NCBI GenBank assembly: GCA_043228905.1
Contig: JBHGNT010000002.1
Location: forward strand, 20,398,001-20,462,000
Direction: 5' to 3'
Origin: Azolla caroliniana
Taxonomy: Eukaryota; Plantae; Polypodiophyta
Length of the DNA stretch: 64,000 nt
Part shown: one piece after another, positions 60,401 through 64,000 of the stretch
Numbering within the stretch: position 1 is the first letter of the stretch
How the letters are laid out: each line of letters starts with the position of its first letter
Notes under the pieces: model-generated
Database searches by the model: none
The model's input: only the letters and a program-made list of their open reading frames with translations
Told to the model about the DNA's origin: nothing
Made by a program: the position numbers and the translations under genes

Positions 60401-62433
60401 CTAATCTATCTAACCATCACACGGCCCGATCTTAATTATTTGGTCCGCCTACTTAGCCAATTCATGCATAACCCACGAAACAATCATCTCGATTGCGCTA
60501 AGAGGATACTTCGGTATGTCAGTACGACGATGGATTACGGCATCATGTATAAGTCAAATACACTTATTCGATTTGAAGGGTACACGGACGTAGACTGGGC
60601 CGGTTATAAGGCTAATAGGTGATCCACTTCTAGATCCGTCTTCTCCCTCGGCAGCAGAGCGATGTCGTGAAGATTTTCGGCAATGGTGTGAAATTTGTGT
60701 GCAACAAAAGAAATCGAGAAGGTGCAATGTGCACGTGTGAAAGGGGTGAAGGCCACACGCATATGCTAGCATGTTGTAAATAGGACTGAAATGAGAATCG
60801 TAAAAGAAAAGTTAGATTTAAAGTTAAACACGTGCACGTGTGATGTGCGCTCAAATATTTGTAAATATAAAAATAAGACTAGTAACATTTGAGTGCATAA
60901 AAAGGGGTGCAAGGAAGGCTTGAACCTTGCACCTCCAAGATAGGAAGAAATTAAATTACAACTAAAGCTACCACCAAGTGCTCTAGATTTTGTATATCTC
61001 CTTGTTATATTCAATATTCCATAGGAAACAAATGTACAAAACTGTGTGCACAAAACCATGGTTTTTAAGCCTATTGTTTTGTGCATGCCACAAGAAAAAC
61101 CGTGTGCCCAAAAACCATGGGTCCAAGCCCATGGTTTTGTGCATGTTAGAAGCATGGATAGACCTATAAAAACCCTCATAAGGCTTGTGTAAATGGAGGC
61201 AAGTGATGTAAGGAAGAAACTTTTAATCAAAAATCTCAGTTATCCTAATGGTGAGGTATTAACCATCGATCAAAAAAAGTAATTGACTTACTTACAAAGA
61301 TTATATTACTAATAAAATAAGTGTCATAGAATTTATCAATATAACCTCGATTCAATGACCAACCTCGAACAAATTGTTCTTGTCTCTTAAAACTAAAGTC
61401 AAGGGTTCAATCTCAATATCTCTCTCTCTCTCACCATCCATCTATTTATCTATCTTCAATACTTTCTCGCTTACGCTGCTAAAAATATCGAATCCTTCCG
61501 ATGTAGGACCCCGATGGTTCCGCTTCATTTCACGAACACGCATGGATTTCCTCAACAGCGATCTCCTGGACCAACAAGAAACAGCCGGCAGTCGCATTGT
61601 TGAGCATAGAGGCCGAATACAGGTCGCGACAGTCGCCGCAAGCAAAGTTGTCTGGCTCAAACGCATCATGAAGGATTTGGGCGTTCTCATCACGGATCGA
61701 ATTCGCCTCTTCTGTGACAACATGAGCAACATCTAGCTCGTTCGGAACCCGGTATTTCACGTGCGGACTAAACACATCGAAGTGCACTATCACTATATTC
61801 ACAAACGCGTTCAGGCTGGTGATATCAATTTACAACATATCAGCACAAACCTCCAGGTTGTTGACATCTTCACAAAAGCCCTAGGTATTGACAAGTTGCG
61901 GCAGTTCACGACGAACCTTGGTCTCTCAATCACCGACCAGCCACGCTTGAGGAGGACTACGGTAGCAGCCAATGCCGAACAGTAACTGGTCAGTCGATCA
62001 AAGCCAACCAAAGGAGTCGAAGTACGAACAAACAATCGAATAGCCAAACATGGAGAATCGAAAAGTGAAATTGAAACCGAGTCAACCAAATTGAAATATT
62101 TCAAAGACTGAACCAAAACAACCTTTTGACATCCAAAAGTTGTGTTCGAAGGGGCGTGTTGAGAATCGAACTCAACTTCCCATAGAGACAATGTTCACAC
62201 TAGCTAGTGGACATCATCGTAGGCTAGATTTGTAACTAGTAGAAAGGGCACTTGCCCTAGATCAGTTGGTATTTAAACCAACCTTTTGTAACTTAGTTAC
62301 TGTTGGATGTAATATATAGTTTTCTTGTCTAGAGCTCTCTCCCTCTCTCTCTCTCTCCCATTCTCTCTTGTCTCACGTGCACATACACACACACAGTCCT
62401 TCCATTGCACAGAATCACTCTCGATTCATTACA
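57466..62433 (+). mobile_element. Degenerate short-LTR Ty1/Copia nested in the Gypsy 5' LTR
   Basis: ~275-bp LTRs (57466-57738, 62157-62433); PBS TGGTATCAGAGC at 57739; WFVDSGASNHM, LWHKRIGH, HQMDVKN, LYVDD, RTKHIEVHYH; gag and integrase core deleted. Confidence 0.92.
60663..61557 (+). mobile_element. Solo LTR of the Trp-primed Gypsy family inserted in Copia RNase H
   Basis: TGTCGTGA...CCTCAACA with exact 4-bp TSD GCGA; the host reads GSRA|ISWTNKKQ; homologous to 29577-30239. Confidence 0.9.
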
Positions 62434-63710
62434 CTTCCTCCTTTTATAGCTCGAGGAGGGAGATACCGTTCGTCAGGTTGTTTAAGGCGGCTGATTTTGT
62501 CAGTGATTCTCCTCGGTTTCCTCCCTACTCACACTTTACTCTCTTCTCTTTCGTGGGACATTAAAGTACCCATCAAAATCCTATTCCCTAGTACTTATTA
62601 GTCCTATGTTATTTATACATATTTGTACACAACTTTGTTTCCGTCCGTGCACACCCTCATTCCCACGCTCTCCAACTCCTTTTCTCCTAGTAGCCGGAAT
62701 TCCCCATGACAATGGAGGCGCAAATCCACACCCCACAGGACACCACTCCATTATACGCGGAAGGTGTTCACATGCTCGATGGACTAGCTGATGAGGAAGT
62801 CGACCACTTTCTTGAGGATCACCCAAAGATTGTGCCATTGTTCGATATCGACATCATAACAGTCGTCAGCCCCTCTGTTTTCGAGCCGGCAAGAGAAGAC
62901 CAACAACCCGATCCGAAATCAATCGAAGAATTACGATATGCATACGAGGCGCTCAAACGTGAATTTGTCATATCTCAACGGGTGAAGGCGTCAACGCTAG
63001 AAGAAGTTAATGTCGGCACCACCGCAAATCCATGAACATTAAAAATACCAAAAGAACTAGCTCCCGAGGAACGCTCGGCATTGGTCGGCTTGCTCACAGA
63101 ATACGAGGATGTCTTTGCATGGTTGTACAGCGACTTGAAAGGATTAAACACGTGCTACTATCAGCAAGATGCACGACCCATACAACAATACCATTATAGA
63201 ATGAATCCCAATTATGCGGCAAAAGTGAAAGAGGAAATTGACAAGCTCCTCCGGGTGGGATTCATTCGACTAGTAAAATGTGCCACATGGTTGAGTCCCA
63301 TCATGGTGGTTCTAAAGAAAAACGGAAAAATAACGGTCTGCGTCGATTATAGGAAGTTGAATGCGATGGCCATCACCGACACATTTCCTCTTCCATTCAT
63401 GAATGGTGTGCTCAATGCGGTGGCCGGCCACGAGCGATATAGCTTCTTGGATGGGTTCAACGGGTATAATCAGATCCGCATGCACCCTGATGACCAAGAA
63501 AAGATGGCATTTGTAACAGAATGGGGTGTTTTCGTGGCGATCGTAATTATGTTCAGGTTAAAAACGACACCGACCACATTCAAACGTATCATCGCCGAAA
63601 TTTTCGATGACTACATTTCGGCATTCATGCAAGTGTTCCTCGATGATTTTGCGGTTTACGGCCAACAAATAGAGCATCTCGCCCAATTAGGCCTCTGTCT
63701 CGAACGTTGT

Positions 63711-63996
63711 TGTAAAGAATCAATGGTGATTCTTGTGCAGCGAAATAGATGTGTGTTATGTGTATGTGTGAGAGGAATTAGAGGAGAGAAGAGAGAACAC
63801 AAGATAGATAGAAAAAGGAATACTCAAGAAGAAGGTGTATATTCACAAGTAGAATAGGAAATACAAAATGTAGCATTACAAGGAGTCACAACCGACTTAA
63901 TATGAAGTATAAGGAGGGTGCTTTCAATATAGTCACCCTCTCTCTTCATTAACTAACTACAACAACCACTCTCTCTTGGGAATGTGAAGACTCATA
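63711..63996 (-). mobile_element. Short Copia-type LTR interrupting the host Gypsy RT
   Basis: tgtaaagaatc...ttgtgcagcg is the reverse complement of the U5 end of LTR 57466-57738; right end lies near the window edge. Confidence 0.65.
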
Positions 63997-64000
63997 GTCA

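Larger units (their letters stand above)
48404..62711 (-). mobile_element. Full-length degenerate tRNA-Trp-primed Gypsy (Phygy-like) with nested insertions
   Basis: 3' LTR 48404-49004; 5' LTR 56850-62711 split by a Copia; 4-bp TSD ATGG (48400-48403, 62712-62715); PBS TGGTGAACCCCACGTG at 56845-56830; PPT at 49005-49016; gag (CTWCDVVGHIWRDC), PR, RT (PFLDDI), RH and INT remnants. Confidence 0.9.
41537..63710 (+). mobile_element. Host Athila/Tat-like Gypsy (gag-PR-RT) split into 41537-43061, 48356-48403 and 62712-63710 by nested insertions
   Basis: CFNCNQPRNYTTHC knuckle, protease-like IVDG.SGIN and MLLGRP. The reading resumes across both insertions (QRNM|IS and KVCII|MEAQIH). RT motifs CVDYRKLN, FLDGFNGYNQI, VFLDDF. 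Confidence 0.88.

Overview
Eukaryotic, repeat-rich DNA from a land plant; the retroelement types suggest a moss or other non-seed plant (inference). Most of the window is decayed, nested transposons: a DDD-type (Sola-like) transposase pseudogene, an L1 LINE, two Ty3/Gypsy groups (a tRNA-Trp-primed type with 4-bp target-site duplications, and an Athila/Tat-like type with a large extra 3' ORF), several Ty1/Copia elements including one young full-length copy (43062-48355), solo LTRs and a hAT MITE. Three host-like genes are visible: two near-identical intronless dirigent-domain genes in a duplicated ~2.8-kb block, and a secreted Thr-Pro-rich protein with a peptide-hormone-like C-terminus. The most unusual signal is in the Athila/Tat-like Gypsy group. 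At five 3'-LTR junctions the polypurine tract is replaced by a sense copy of the 3' end of tRNA-Arg(UCU), interrupted right after A58 by a covarying hairpin, which suggests a non-canonical, possibly tRNA-primed, plus-strand initiation. A second signal is an antisense Pol III A/B-box module in U3 of the Trp-primed LTR family. All tRNA and family assignments are from memory and by-eye alignment, not database searches.
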